A DNA stretch of 64,000 nt from Tubulanus polymorphus (Eukaryota; Animalia; Nemertea): positions 10,437,947 to 10,501,946 of the forward strand of contig NC_134030.1 of the NCBI RefSeq assembly GCF_964204645.1, given 5' to 3'. Below the pieces are notes generated by a model. The model saw only the letters and a program-made list of their open reading frames with translations, searched no databases and was not told where the DNA came from. The stretch's first letter is position 1, and each line of letters starts with the position of its first letter. This document shows positions 11,754 to 25,014 of the stretch, in pieces. The position numbers and the translations under genes are program-made.

Positions 11754-11915
11754 GCTGCTGATGAATTGAAAGATTCGAAAGACATATTCGAACAATTGAA
11801 TGACGAGTTACATCAAGAATTGCCATCTTTGTACGATAGCAGAGTGCAAGTGTATTCCTCGACGTTACTACAGCTTTACAGCAGCGGAGCTACTTTTAAC
11901 TCGGAAATCGGAAAG
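11754..11915 (+). CDS. AMPH: Amphiphysin exon 6 (BAR)
   Basis: ctgtag|AADELKDSKDIFEQLNDELHQELPSLYDSRVQVYSSTLLQLYSSGATFNSEIGK|gtgtgt. Confidence 0.95.
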
Positions 11916-12576
11916 GTGTGTATTCGCCCGTTTTAAAGCATTGTGATCGATGTCGATTTATTATCATGTCAATATATTTATGATGAATTGATACATTGTA
12001 TACAATAGACATTATGAAACAATAGACTCTGCTCATCGACTAAACTTGGATAACCGTTTAACTCATATGTTTCTTGATATATTTCCTTGAAATAATATAC
12101 AAAAACCAGTATAACATCTACATATCTCAAATATCACTCAAATTTTCAGTCTGACTTGAGTGGAGTGTACTATTGTACTATACCTAGCCTGTCTTAACCC
12201 CTCAACAGTTTTGAATGAGAATTAGTTCATCTTCAGTGAAATTTCAAGTCGGTTGTTAGGCTTCTGAATCTGAAAAATTATCAGAGTCATTGAATAGATA
12301 TATGATTCGCTTTCTCACTGAGTTTGTGGTATAGATTACATTAAGAATTGATTTACTAATGAGAAAAGTTGACACAAATTTGACTGAAATGTAGAAGAAA
12401 TTGAAGGGCGGTCACCCGCAGTGAGCAAGCGATCCTGGTGGATCATCGCGTAATCCTCGCTTGTCACTGTTAGCGTTGCCGGTATCCCATTGAATTCTGG
12501 CCACTTCGACCTTGTCAGTTAAACAGATTTAAACGGATTTTACCGTAAATCTATCATCTACTATATTTACCAACAG

Positions 12577-12808
12577 GTGGAGCTACAATTATCGGATACA
12601 ATGCAGGAACTGGAGCGCGAGTTCAACGCCGGTGAATTTCGAACGTCGCCGAGTCACAGTCAGTTGAACGATTCCGAAAAGCGTTCGTCGATTGCCTCGT
12701 CGGAAGGAGGTTCGTCGCACACGCACAGCCCCGTACTTATTAAAGCGTCGCCGAAACACAACTCGATTATCAACGAGGAGACGAAAAAATCGGAAAATAA
12801 ATCAGAAG
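12577..12808 (+). CDS. AMPH: Amphiphysin exon 7 (end of BAR, Ser-rich linker)
   Basis: caacag|VELQLSDTMQELEREF...KKSENKSE+G|gttagt; matches ORF 12577..12813. Confidence 0.9.
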
Positions 12809-14726
12809 GTTAGTTTGCAGAAGATCGGATGGATTCTAGGACGCCCCTCGCACAATTCCCCTTGTTTACTATTGGAGTTGATAAGTAATCATGAAATAAT
12901 TGTGCATTTAGCAAAGCGTTTGCATAAACAATCTGCGAAAGGATTTCCAAAGTACAGTGAACTATTAAGTAACAGTTTTTGTAATTTGCCTTCATGCTTA
13001 TCTGTACTGTATCTGTCTTGCGGCATGCCTGGGATCTCTGTTCATAAGCCTATGGAAAATTGGGTCTATGCCCAGTGCAGGAAATAGACCCACAAAAACG
13101 AGACCGATTTGTCGATTATGGGTTTGCGCAGGCGTTTTCCGCAGGTGCACACTGTGAAACAAGAAACACCAAAATGAACCTACAGCGCCACTTGTCTTGT
13201 GATTGGAAAAGTATTAGTTTCATCACATGATCCCCGCATGTTGTCCCTGATTGGTTATTGAATTATAGCATTTCTTGTGTAGCTATTCTGACCATAGCAC
13301 ACGGCAATCAAGCAAATGTCTCTTGATGAAATCATATTGGTTTTGCCGAAAAGTATTTCGGTAAACCATGTTTGATGTTTCTTTGGAACGTGCACTGTTG
13401 TGAAAGAAGCCAGAAAAGAATTTCACCGGTCACCCTTGTTTAATGTCTTGTGGCGTGCGCTAGGTTTTAAGCTAGCCCTCTTTTATCACTACCTATATGC
13501 GGGGCTTGACTGTATCTAGAATTATGTAATTCAGAAAGATATTTATCATTCTCTCTAGTATCATGTCAACAACTCGGCAGGGACTCGAAACTGATGGCAT
13601 CGAGACTGCCATACGGCAGAAAACCCTACGCATGCAGCTAAGATGATGTCATTGTTACCCAATCAAGAAATCCCGTTTCATTTTAGCCCGGGTTTTCCAT
13701 TTAGAGTTTATCTGTGAAATTTGATCCGGCGATTATACAACGAGCAATCTTTTGTTGCTGCACATTTACACGCGGTTAACCTGTGCCTGTACCTGCGCAA
13801 TTGGTCCAGTGTGGCAGGGTTTCATACCATGTCATCGTGTTCGAATACCTGCCGATGTTGGAATTATTGCTGCTTACATAACTGTTTCGAAGCCTTCCTT
13901 CATTACTTAACTAGCCTTTACTCAATCGAACTGCGTATGCTTCTTCTTGCGAACATGATTCAAAAGGTGTTTGACATTTTTCAAAACCATAGAGGCTGAC
14001 GTGACACATATGACGTCATTATTTGTTTGACCATCGTAAATATGATGACGCCAAATGTACAAAAAAAAAGCATGATAAAAATGGGGATTTAGAAACTTTG
14101 GGTATCTGTCATTCAAATGTCCACATGAGGCCGATGAATAAGATGACAACAGATATATCCCTGAAACAAATTAACCAGAACTCTCATTCCAGACCTCAAT
14201 GGTCACCCATTCCAGACCTCTATGGTCAATCATTGTTATTACACATAACGAATCGGGCAGCAGCACGAGCTAATGCTAAAAAAATCATGTATGAAACATT
14301 CTCTCCAGAACAAGCAATGAGATACAAGCAGATACCAGGGGCCATTTGCTCAAAAGTCAGTTAAAGATAGTATCAAGAGAATCTCACAATAATGAAGAAA
14401 AATAAAGTCCGAAAATGTTTTGTCAACTTTTCGACTATATCCTTAGACCTACCGGTAATAGGCCTAGTTATCTTCAGTATTCCTGTAGATATTGAAGGTA
14501 TTCCTGGAGTTGGCTACCATTTTCAGTACAGAATTACTTTCGCCACTTAAGAAGTCTCGTATTTCGCTACCATGCTGAATAAGCCCCGAATAAGCCTTTA
14601 ATAATTCAACCGTGTGACCATTTAATATTGTTCTAAAATCAATGCCACGTAAGCCCATGAAAGGAGGATTGGAGTAAGTTATTGAAAAAAGTGATAATCG
14701 ATAATGTTATTTTTTTGGAATTGTAG

Positions 14727-14824
14727 AAAAAGAAGATGTAGAAAATCATACGACGGAAGAAACGGCTGTCGAGGAGGAAAGCAGATACGAACCGATCGAG
14801 GTGACAAATTCTCCTGTGAAAAAA
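14727..14824 (+). CDS. AMPH: Amphiphysin exon 8 (acidic linker)
   Basis: ttgtag|(E)KEDVENHTTEETAVEEESRYEPIEVTNSPVKK|gtaagc; phase 1 in and phase 0 out bridges exons 7 and 9. Confidence 0.82.
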
Positions 14825-15100
14825 GTAAGCTAACGAACCTCAGCATGTTGCGGAGTGTGAACGCATCATCTCTACTTCAATATGTATAATTTATGGGTAT
14901 AAATCCAGCAGCCAATACACTCGCAGTCAGTTTCACAGTTCTTCGATAAACAATTTAGTTGTTTTTCAATTAGATTTGAGCTTGGTTTTGATTGTGATCC
15001 AAAACTGAAAATTCATTGGAGAGATATAAGATTCACTTTCTCCCTCGCTGAAAATTCATTTGCTAATGACAAAAATTGATTCAAATTCGATTGAAATACA

Positions 15101-15273
15101 CAGTTGAACCTCGTTTACACGATTCTGTTCAAGACAAGACCTGTTTATTACGATGATTTCTAGCACGTCCTGGCTAAGATATTTATATCGATCAAGATTT
15201 GGATAATACGAAACCCGTTCTATACCATGATTTCACTTTTGCCAACAAATTTCGTATTAACGAGATTCCGCTG
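15101..15273. mobile_element. Tc1/pogo-type MITE
   Basis: CAGTTGAACCTCGTTTA ... TTAACGAGATTCCGCTG|TA imperfect TIRs. Confidence 0.5.
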
Positions 15274-15297
15274 TAGAAGAATTTGTAGCCCAGTTAC

Positions 15298-15467
15298 CGG
15301 GGGCATAACTGCATAACTGCATAACTTAGTGCTAACTGTGGTTAGGCAGAAATCGCTGTTAGCTAACCGTTGTCTTCGTGCGGCCTCTTATTTTAAGTTG
15401 GTTAGCCTAACCATGGATAAGCCACTAACGACGGTTAGGCTAACTTGGTTTTCCTGCGCCCACCCCT
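15298..15467. mobile_element. Palindromic MITE; second copy at 41529-41712
   Basis: Shared GCTAAC(T/C)GTGGT...TCGTGCGGCCTCTTATTT...AAGCCACTAAC...GGTTAGGC...GGTTTTCC sequence in both copies. Confidence 0.65.
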
Positions 15468-16747
15468 AGTGAATCATATCGCTCGCCACGGTAGTGTTGC
15501 CGGTGCCCCCATTTGACACTCGAGTTTGATTACTGATAGTTCATTTTCAATCGGTTTGACTTCGTAGTCAAATCTCAAGTTGGTTTGACTTCGTAGTCAA
15601 ATCACAAGTCGCAACTGTGGACCTGGCTCCTGATTGATGAGAATGTAAAATCATACATTTTCTTTAAATTTTGTGATCATATAAGCGCGAACATTGCGAA
15701 ATTTCTTCGTCTGTTTCGTGCTACATACGTCAGGGACCGCTCATATCGGATCTGACCAACCAAGGAGGATGCGTTGAAATAATTTGTATGATTTTAGAGG
15801 CTCAAAAATACCGCTCGCTGACGAGTATTTACCCTTTCACTGTGTATACCCCGCTATGCTATGTATAATCCATCCACACTATATTGCATCTACCCTGCAG
15901 TCCGTGTAATTGTTGAAATTAGTTGGAATCTCTATTGAAAGACGGCAGCACCTGTAAAACATTGCAAAATCATATCAACTAATGATGCGCGACACTACCA
16001 GGTAGACACGATACAATGGTATGCCTCGTTTCCCGAATTTGTTTGGCAGTATCGGTTGGTTAACTGCCAACGGTTAAGGGTTTTCGACTTGAGCGGAGTC
16101 TACTGTATTGGGGGGTGATTTTATCCTATCGATTTGTAAAGATCGTCGTTTTTCACCATTCCATATTCCTCTTGTATCTATTCCTGCATTGTTATCCTCT
16201 CCGAATTTGTAACAGCACCTGTTTTTCTGGCCTTGTTTTATCGACGGGTTGATGATGTTTTCATTGGAGAAACGAAAGAAATATCTGAGATATGTCAATT
16301 TATTGACCTTAAACAATTAAATGTCATTTTAATACGTTATTGGAAAATTGATATTATAAGGGATTCGGTTAGTTATCAACATAGTAGTTCCCGTCGATAA
16401 AACTGGGCCCAGGTGTAAGCAAGTACAGTAAACCATGTTTGAGTCTGACGTTTTGGATCCGGGAGATCTTTTCAACTTCGAAAAATTCAGATTTTGATAT
16501 CATCTAAGCTGCGCACACGCAGGCTAGTGCGGAATGGTTTGTCTCGATGCCATCAGGTTTCGAATCCCTGCCAGGCATTGATGCTACTCTGTGAGAGTTC
16601 ATTTCGATCAGACGAACGCACGGTTTACCGTATTACCGCATGTTTCCCGTTTCTGCGGTGTCGGTGGCTCTCTTCCTCGTGTCGTGAAAAAAACTTATGC
16701 ATGCTTTCGGCGATAATCGTTTGTTTCAGTCGACGTTTTATTTCCAG

Positions 16748-17104
16748 GTGGAGCCACCGAAAGTCGACGGCTACGACAACGTGTCGATGCCCGGTCCGCC
16801 GCGACCGGACGACGCTCCACCAAAGCCGCCTCCGCCGTCGACGCCGACGTCGGCAAAAGCGCCGGCGAAGGTTGAAGATGATAATGAGGAGGACGAAAAA
16901 GAGAAATCCGTTTACGTCGTCGACGAGGATTCGAGCGCCGTCTATCAAGTCCCGACGAGCAACGAGCCGACGGAAGACCTACCGGAAGGTGCTTTGTACA
17001 AGGTGATAGCCACTCACCCGTACGCGGCCGTTGACCCCGATGAGCTGAATCTAGAGAAAGGCGACATTGTCATTGTAATCAAATTCGAAAATGAAGAAGA
17101 ACAG
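16748..17104 (+). CDS. AMPH: Amphiphysin exon 9 (Pro-rich segment, SH3 N-half)
   Basis: ttccag|VEPPKVDGYDNV...LYKVIATHPYAAVDPDELNLEKGDIVIVIKFENEEEQ|gtaggg. Confidence 0.93.
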
Positions 17105-17294
17105 GTAGGGCATGATATTACGTACTCATTTACGCATATTCATTTATTCTTTAAATCTACGGTGAACAGGGTGGCCACTGACCTGGAAAACTTGAAGAAT
17201 AGGAACATCTAGAAATAATCGGGAACAAAACGATTCTGGGAATTCAAGAAATTTTAGCAAAAACCTGGAAAACTCAGGGAATTTGGATAGAATT

Positions 17295-20285
17295 ACAACA
17301 AGTTATAATATATTGATACATAAATGAGTAATGATGTATTAACATTAATGTTGTAATAATACACCGGGAAAAAGCTTAAAGCTCGAATTCCTTCATTACT
17401 CTCACACAAAATCACCCACTTACGCAGAGAATAGCAAGTATAACAAAGAAGTAAAGAGTGATAAGATTTTCCAAGCAAAAAACAAGATTCTGAAGGAGAT
17501 ATATATGATAATTGACACATTACTGTATCACTAAATTTTTTATCAGTATCGAGACAAAAATTTTTTTTGTTAGATGATTTGAATGCTATATTCCATTATC
17601 AAGTCGAGAGTAAGGGGTGTGTAGGTCGTATTGTTGCCGGGTGTTATACTGGTGAATAGCCGTATTATTAGTAAATAAGTTGTCAAAGGATTTGGAAGGG
17701 TATTTTTGTCATAGGCCTATAGATACATGAGTTTGGCCTTTTGGTGATGTCTTCTAACTTAAGTATATTACTTGACTCTTGGTAACAGCCCTAATGGCCT
17801 TTTTCTGAAGTTGAAATGGACTATTAATATTTGTAGGATAATTACTTCCCCATACAATGTTACAATATTGTAAATAAGGAAAAACCATTGGGTAATACAG
17901 TTTAATCAATACATGATTTGGCAAGAAGAATAATAATTTGCGGATGATGACAACACTTTTAGAAATTATTTTTGGCAATTGATTGTATATGGGTTTTCCA
18001 GTTTAGATCCTCATCTACCTGTACCCCAAGAAATTTAGACGATTTTACTTGGAAGATTCTGCTATTGTCCATAAATAATCTAAAATTAGGTTTTTTTCTA
18101 GCTCTACTAATGACTATATAACTAGTCTTCGAAATGTTTAATGGTAATCTATTACATACAAAGTAATCTGAGAGACTTTTAGTTTCATTATTAACAATAT
18201 CCTGCAATAGAATTGGATTATGGCTGGAAAAAGTATTGGTATCATCAGCAAACAATAGATACTGAAAAATTTCAGATGCATTTACACATTCATTGATATG
18301 CAGAATAAAAAGCAGAGGACCCAAAATTTATCCTTGAGATATTCCACAAGTAATATATTTGAAGTTAGAAGTTAGATTATTAAACTTGACTGATTGTGAC
18401 CTCTGATACAGGTAACTTTTGAGCCAGCTCCCTGGCAGTCCTCTGATACCGTAATATTCCAGTTTTTTAGCAGGACTTGATGATCGATGGTATCAAACAC
18501 TTTGGATAAGTCTAGGAAAATGCCAATGGCAGTTTCTTTTTTTCTAGTTTTGTAATTAGATTAGCATTCAATAAAGCCAGAGCCATGGCTGTTGAACGGC
18601 CCTAATGGAAGCCAAATGATAATTAGAAATTACATGGCAATGGTCCATAAAGCTAACAGTACGATAACAAACTAATTTTTCTAAAATCTTTGCAAATGAA
18701 GGTAATACGGAAATAGGACGGTAATTGGAAAATATTTTATTGTGACCACTTTTGAATATTGGTGACATCAACGCTCGTTTAAGAGAAGCTGGTACATTAC
18801 CCAAAGAAAATCTAACTAAGGCTTATAGATAATATCAATTATTAATTTATCCAGTTTAAAGCTTATTCCATCAACACCACAACTGCCCTAAGGCATGAAA
18901 ATTTTCACGATATTTTCCATTTTTCTGCAATGACGGGTGCTAGAAATAGGTCATACTCTGTGTACAGTTCTTTAGGTAGTAGATAAAGTGATTTTGGGAT
19001 TGTGGAATATCTGCAGCTAATTTGGGTCCGATTTCTGTAAAAAAAAGTATTAAAACCATTCGCTATATCTAGTGGATTATTCAAAACCATGTAATCGACA
19101 ACAAACTTTTCAGGAAAATTTCTTTTTCTTAGCTTATATTGAATTTACTAATGATCACATCTTTTAGAATCGTTATGGACCAAAGAGAAATCTCGTGAGT
19201 AGTACATTTTTTTGTAGCTCTCGCGCATTCAGAAATTATGGTTCCGTATCTTTTAAAAGCCAGCTTTGCTGATTGGGTTTTTTCTTTTAAGTAGCTCTTA
19301 TGAAGAGCTTCTTTTCGCTTTGCGGAAGTTAAAAGTCCTTTTGTTATCCAGGGGTTTTTTATGTCTTTGTACTTGGAAAATTTCCTTGTTACATATGGGA
19401 AACTATCAACTAAACGTTTCTCAAACAATGCTAGAAATTTAACATAGTGCAGATCGACAACTACAGAATCGATTAATGTCAGCTTCAATAAATGATTTGC
19501 ATGAAACTAGTTTGAACATTATTTAACTAATATGAAAATTGGTAAGTGGCCGGAAACATCAGAGATCATTACACCTGATCTGGTTTTATCGGCTTGGGTT
19601 CAATTACAAAAAATATTGCCGATAAGTGCAGAAGTTGTTTCTGTTAAACCGGTTGGTCTATCTATAAGTGGATAAAATGAGTAACTGTATAAGTCAAGTA
19701 AATAGGTTTCGGTCGGAACATGATTATTTGACTGAAGGAGATTGATATTGAAATCGGCCACCAAAAAGACTAGTATGGCTCCTAATTCGAGCCTGAATTG
19801 CCTTAAAGTCATTCTTAAAAAGTATTTAAACAATGAGCAAGACCCTCGGGTATGGAAGAATGTGCCAATTAAAAATTTGTCTGAGCCATATGAGATTTCT
19901 ATAAACGTATATTCAACTGATTTCATGTTTGGGATAGTAAGATCATCTCGAGTTTCATATTTCAAAATATCTTTAACGTAGCAGCCAATACCACCCCCTC
20001 TCTGACCCTCTATACTTGTAAGTATTGAGTTGTATCCACTTAAATTGTACAGAGTTGAATTGTCACTACTAGAAACTGTCCATGTTTCAGTTATTCCTAT
20101 AATATCGGGGGGGGGGGGGCATAGCATAGTGATTTAAGGTAAACTGTTAGGTGCACGTAATTCTTATTTATGCTTCTTATATTGACATGACATAGACATA
20201 AACTGTCTTTAGAAAGAGTGTTAAACTAATCACTGGTACAATATGAGCATCTCTGCTCATTAGGTTCAGTTAATGCGTCTGCCAT
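17295..20285 (-). mobile_element. Decayed non-LTR retrotransposon ORF2 (APE endonuclease plus RT; CR1/L2/Crack-like), antisense in amphiphysin intron 9
   Basis: Minus-strand fragments with frameshifts and stops: HVNIRS, IIGITETW, RGGGIG, ADFNINLL (APE); NPWITKGL, NYRPISVLPSFAKILEK, IFLDLSKVFDTIDH, LGPLLF, LFADDT, KFLGV, YCNIVWG (RT). Confidence 0.92.
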
Positions 20286-20530
20286 AATAGACTCTAGTTA
20301 CGATATATATATCCTTATTTGTTATAATAGTTACCATTGAACATGGTGCTTTTTCAGTAGTAGTTATACCGGGTGGAAAACATAATTACTTTTCAATATG
20401 AGTATTTATAAATGATAAAATAAAGAACTTGTTTATCTGTATGTTACAGGAAAATATAGAAATAAAGTGAAACGTCAATGAGGGCAATGAGGGTATCAGT
20501 ACGTGATTCGATGAGAAGTGAATTGTAACA

Positions 20531-20631
20531 TTTCCACATTTGTGTGTTAGAGTTAACTCTGAGTTTATGTTATTTCATTTTCAATGAGTTAACTCAGAGT
20601 CAAATCTGAACTCACAACTGAGGAACTGGAC
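20531..20631. mobile_element. Short palindromic MITE (copies about 25425-25530, about 15515-15630; relative at about 27371-27503)
   Basis: TTCCACA..TGTG..TTAGAGTTAACTCTGAG...TTCATTTTCAATGAGTTAACTCA...CAACTG.GGAACTGGAC, a foldback repeated at several loci. Confidence 0.65.
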
Positions 20632-20724
20632 ACAGGAGATTGTAAATGGGGCAGAAAGTGGCCACCCTGGTGAATAGAATCGTTCGCTTCGGACTTTATA
20701 CGGTAACGTTTCTTTTCGTTACAG

Positions 20725-20805
20725 GACGACGGTTGGCAAATGGGCATCATCGAATCGACAGGGAGAAAAGGCGTTTTTCCGGAAAATTTCACGAAGAAAA
20801 TATAG
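20725..20805 (+). CDS. AMPH: Amphiphysin exon 10 (SH3 C-half, stop)
   Basis: ttacag|DDGWQMGIIESTGRKGVFPENFTKKI-TAG. Confidence 0.95.
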   Translation, partial: DDGWQMGIIESTGRKGVFPENFTKKI

Positions 20806-21402
20806 TTGAAGAAGACGACGGCGTACACACGTTGCGGCTGTCTCTTCGGAGATGAAGCCAGTCCCTTGCCTCGACTGCTGAACATATGGTGCATGCAGCT
20901 TATACGTATACACGAACTGAGCGTGGTGGTGCAATCTGCTGCCTCTACATTATTCATCGGATATTACTGTTAATTCTTTTCAAGTCGTTCGTTGTTCATC
21001 TGAAATATTTAGCGATACGAAATGATGTCTCTCGTCTTTTAAGATCTGCACGCGGGGTCCGATCTAAGAAATGAAAGCCATTTGTCCAGGGGGCAAGCAT
21101 ATCTGATATTTCACTAGTGTCCCCTCATTAATCTACTCGTCCTACACAGGCAGTCCAACTGGTGGTGAAATCATCCATTGTATTGATTGGGAAAAATGCT
21201 AGGAGGCGTAAAAATGCACTGGCACGGTGGACCAGCGATAATGATAACCTACTTGCCCAAATGAGAATATACTTGTCCCGGGCAATCAGACAAGTGTTTA
21301 GATCGGACCCTTGTATGATGAATGAAAGCGTACCAGGGTATGCCTCATACTGTAGCCTAATGGACAACGATTTAACCTTTATTTTGGGCACAAGCATTTT
21401 TC

Positions 21403-21765
21403 CAGTGTACCTCGCTTAATCCGGATTAGTTTAATCCAGATATAAACGGGATTGTTTTGCAAAAGCCACAGTCGACCTGACAATCTATTCTAATCTGACA
21501 GTTTCGGAGTTTATCTAATAACGATGTAAAGTAATTTCAGAATATAGACGTTACTAAGGAAGGTTTTTTTTTAGAAGTTTATATGTTTGAATTACTGTAT
21601 ATCATTAACTCTGAAACTGTCATATTAGAATAAATTGTTAAAAATTACAAAGTTCTCAACTGTGGGTTTCGCTAATTAACTTCAAATACTAAGATTTAGT
21701 CTACCAGTCATAAACCGGATTGAATTCATGGACCATAAATTATCTGGATTTAGCCGGGTTTACTG
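21403..21765. mobile_element. Tc1/pogo-type MITE downstream of the amphiphysin stop
   Basis: CAGTGTACCTCGCTTAATCCGGAT ... ATCTGGATTTAGCCGGGTTTACTG; related ends at 1294, 24059 and 26191. Confidence 0.5.
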
Positions 21766-24700
21766 TTATACATGTACTTAAAATTTAAATGTACGACTTG
21801 ATAAACTGAAAGTCATTGATAGCCATGTTTTCCATACAGAGACCTACTCGAAATACTTAAGTTCCTACTTTTTGGAGCCTTCGCGACGAGACACCAATCA
21901 ACAATTTCAATAGCATCAGATTCTGAATTCTTACTTCATCTTTGAGGACAGAGTTTTTCTTTCAATACTCAAAGACGATGGGTTATTTTTTCATAGGTGC
22001 ACTCATACTGCACTCACGTAGTAGTATGTATGGTATGGGCATTGCCACGGACGAATTTGATGGAACTATAAGGCCAAACAGGCGTTTGTAGCCATCTCGC
22101 AAGAAAATTTTGAAGAATTCAGGCATAAAAAAGAAAAGAAAAAACATTTTCCGAGCTCATTTTCCGAGCATTATTTCCATTATTCCAATTATGGGATGAA
22201 ATGAATGCATCATCGATAGCAAAAGCCTGGAACTTTGGCATTTCTAAATCAGAGAAGGTCCTGCTGGTGTCGCTACTATGAACAGCTACGTGATATAGTG
22301 AAATTCTTAGTATTAAGTAAAACCAATCCTTTTCAGATTAACGGCAGAGCTCGGCGAATATTCCGTAATTATATTTGCGATTATCGGCTGCCCGATTAAG
22401 ATCGTAGTCGGTTCTTTGCCGCTTAACTATACGCTATTACTAAGGCGTAAATCATGCCCTTAATTCTCCCATTTTAGAGAGACTTGTACGCTCTGCCGTT
22501 TAGAGGGAACCGAATTGCCGATGATGATGATGATGATCGCTGAAATTAAGCGCCGTTAATGGCTGTTATCGCATTATAATCTGCGCGTAGTAAAGGTTAT
22601 TGACATCATCTCCTTGGTTAAGTTAAGGTTAATTTGCCAAATAGAACGAACGGTAGACAACTGATGTGGTTTGACCACGCGAATGATGCTTGAAAAGATG
22701 ATTGTTTGATTCTGTTAACTAGTGGATAGTTGATGAAGTGACAATTAAAAGTTCGTTGTTACTATGGTATTTATCCGTTTATGCAATAGACTCTTCCAAA
22801 GTAAAAAAAAAACTGATGAATAAGTGATATCAGTGAAAAAGCTTGCCCGAGAAGTTTTACGCATTGTTTTTGTAGAAAAGAAAATATTTCGGCTAGAAAA
22901 TTGATACCTTGTTTCTCCTTTTCCGTTGAGCTTGGAGGTTGACCCAGCCGGCTGGCCGGCCACCCTGTACATGACCATTTTCTTGAAAATCATAATCAGG
23001 CTAGCCATAACAGACCCGGCAGTTAGATAGACATCTGATATCCGATATACCCGATAGGTATGAATTGGATTATAAAATTCATTGCTGTTTACGAAATGAA
23101 CCGTCCGATTAGGAGAAACGAGGTATCATTTCATTCTAGCCGTAGTGTTGGATTTCGTCGCTTGACTTGCCAACAGTTGGAAACTATGTAATGTTCAATT
23201 TCATGATACTGAAAGTTCATCATTAATGTATCGATTTCTGATTTTCTCGTTGATTATTTGAGTCTCAACACTCGAAATCGATTTCTTGCCATATCGTTAG
23301 CGTTGCTGCACATGTTGACAGGTTTTTCGAGCTGGTCGGTTAAGATAATTACGAACAGGTTGCAGCCTTCTTTATATTGTAACATTTACTTAACTAGTCA
23401 TATGTAACATTTCATTGATTATACAATACGTACAGGAGCGTTCAAATAGAACATATGGTCGATTTTACCATTTCTAGACCACCCTCCCCCTTTTACAATC
23501 TTGGTACTTAATTCATTGACAAACCCCCCCCCCCCACCCGTATATATATTTTGAAAGACCACCCTCAACCAATGAATGGGCCATAATATGCTGCTTAAAT
23601 TGTTGAGCTTTAAATGAAAAACGCTGAGTTAGTCGCTAGAATTTGATAGTGACGATGTGTCTATTATATAAAATCATGTAAATCTTAGAAATAGGATATT
23701 TAGAGTGGGATGATATTAGAATACTGTAATTAGATATTCTGTATCACAGGGGCAGATCTAGCTTTTTGGAAAAGAGGGCGCGCACTTCTTAATTGGGCCG
23801 GGTCTGAAAATTTTGAAAAATTAGATGCATTCTGAGCACTTTCCTGGTTGAAATTCGTAATGAAATATGTTCGCAATTTCACCATTCGCTAAATAAAAAG
23901 TCTTGGGTAGAAAATTCCAAGGTCACTCTGTCGAAAGAAGGGGGTACGTCTGGATCCACCGCTGTATCAGACAGTGTTTGTCTTAAACTGCCCTCCCACC
24001 ATATGAAGTTGTACGTACTATATGAACGCTCCCTAACTAACATGTACCGGTATATATACAGTTGACCTCGCTTCATTCGGATCATGAAATCCGGTTTAAG
24101 AATCATATTGCATTTTGAGTATTTTCCCGGTTGAAATCAGGAACGAAATGTGCTCACGATTTCGCCATTTAATTTTTTTGGGGGGAGAAAATTTCAAAGT
24201 CACTCGAACGAAAAACCGTGAACTGCCGGCATCCGCTCCCCTGTGGGCCAAGGGTGGTGGTAAAGTCACCCGATTGATACCAACATAAACTGATCCGCAA
24301 CCGTAGTGGGTCTACTGTATATGTATATAATATATATGTATGTTTTCATATCATGCTCATATACTAGTTTATCATTTCTTAGATTAAAAACTGAATCAAA
24401 TGAAAGATGAAAGTAGTTATTAGCGCGCACACAATATTATACTAGTATTTCAGTATTTCGACAGCTATGTACTGTAAATGTGTAGAATATGCTCTATATT
24501 ATTGGCAGTCGTTGCGCTTTCAGAAACGAGTTCACACGCAACATTTCGCGCATCGGCGATAGAATTGTTCGAATATATATATATATTGTTTTTGCGATGT
24601 ATGAGGGTTTTCTGCGTGTATTCCATTCATCAGAACTGATGTTAATAATGGGACCAATATTATTATTATTATTTTTATCATTATTATTATTATGAAGTGA

Positions 24701-25014
24701 TATATGAAATCCAAGCGTTATATTAATTCTATATACGATCGTATGTGTCTGATAATCGTATTGTGTATGTTTTTATTCTGTTTTCGGTAAGGAACCCGCG
24801 CGCAATTTTCCATTCGAGGTTATGCGTTTAAAGAAACTCGATAATTCTGATTTTGTTCGTATTTTCGAATAATCAGAACTAGAAGTAGTTCATTCTGGTT
24901 GTATCATAAAGACACACACGGAATGTTTAGGCTGTTATTTACAAGATTTTTACTTTAGGCTGTTATTAACAAGATTTTTACTTTAGCAAGGACGGTTGGG
25001 ATGATGGTCACATA

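Larger units (their letters stand above)
17167..20669. mobile_element. hAT-like MITE split by nested LINE and palindromic MITE insertions
   Basis: TIRs CAGGGTGGCCACT (17167) / AGTGGCCACCCTG (ends 20669) with a GTGAA direct repeat on both sides; related element without nested insertions at 48494-48774. Confidence 0.7.
540..20805 (+). other. AMPH: Gene model: amphiphysin/BIN1 (N-BAR, central linker, SH3), 10 coding exons, 477 aa
   Basis: join(540..608,6074..6154,9925..9979,10286..10380,11021..11224,11754..11915,12577..12808,14727..14824,16748..17104,20725..20805). All introns are GT-AG and phases are consistent. Motifs GIFAK, VLQNLGKAEKTKD, EVYEPDW, KIAKRSRKLVDYD, ELPSLYDSR and GVFPENFT are amphiphysin hallmarks. 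Confidence 0.95.

Noticed and set aside
16494-17006. Arg-rich ORFs overlapping amphiphysin exon 9 on both strands
   Set aside because: They are alternative frames of a GC-rich Pro/acidic coding exon.
20806-20973. Open frame continuing past the amphiphysin TAG (possible readthrough)
   Set aside because: The TAG-T context is not a known leaky signal, the SH3 ends normally, and the length is compatible with chance.
24927-24986. Short direct repeats (28 bp here; 29 bp near 15553; 23 bp near 14185) considered as CRISPR-like
   Set aside because: These are two-copy tandem duplications without spacers, in a eukaryotic context.
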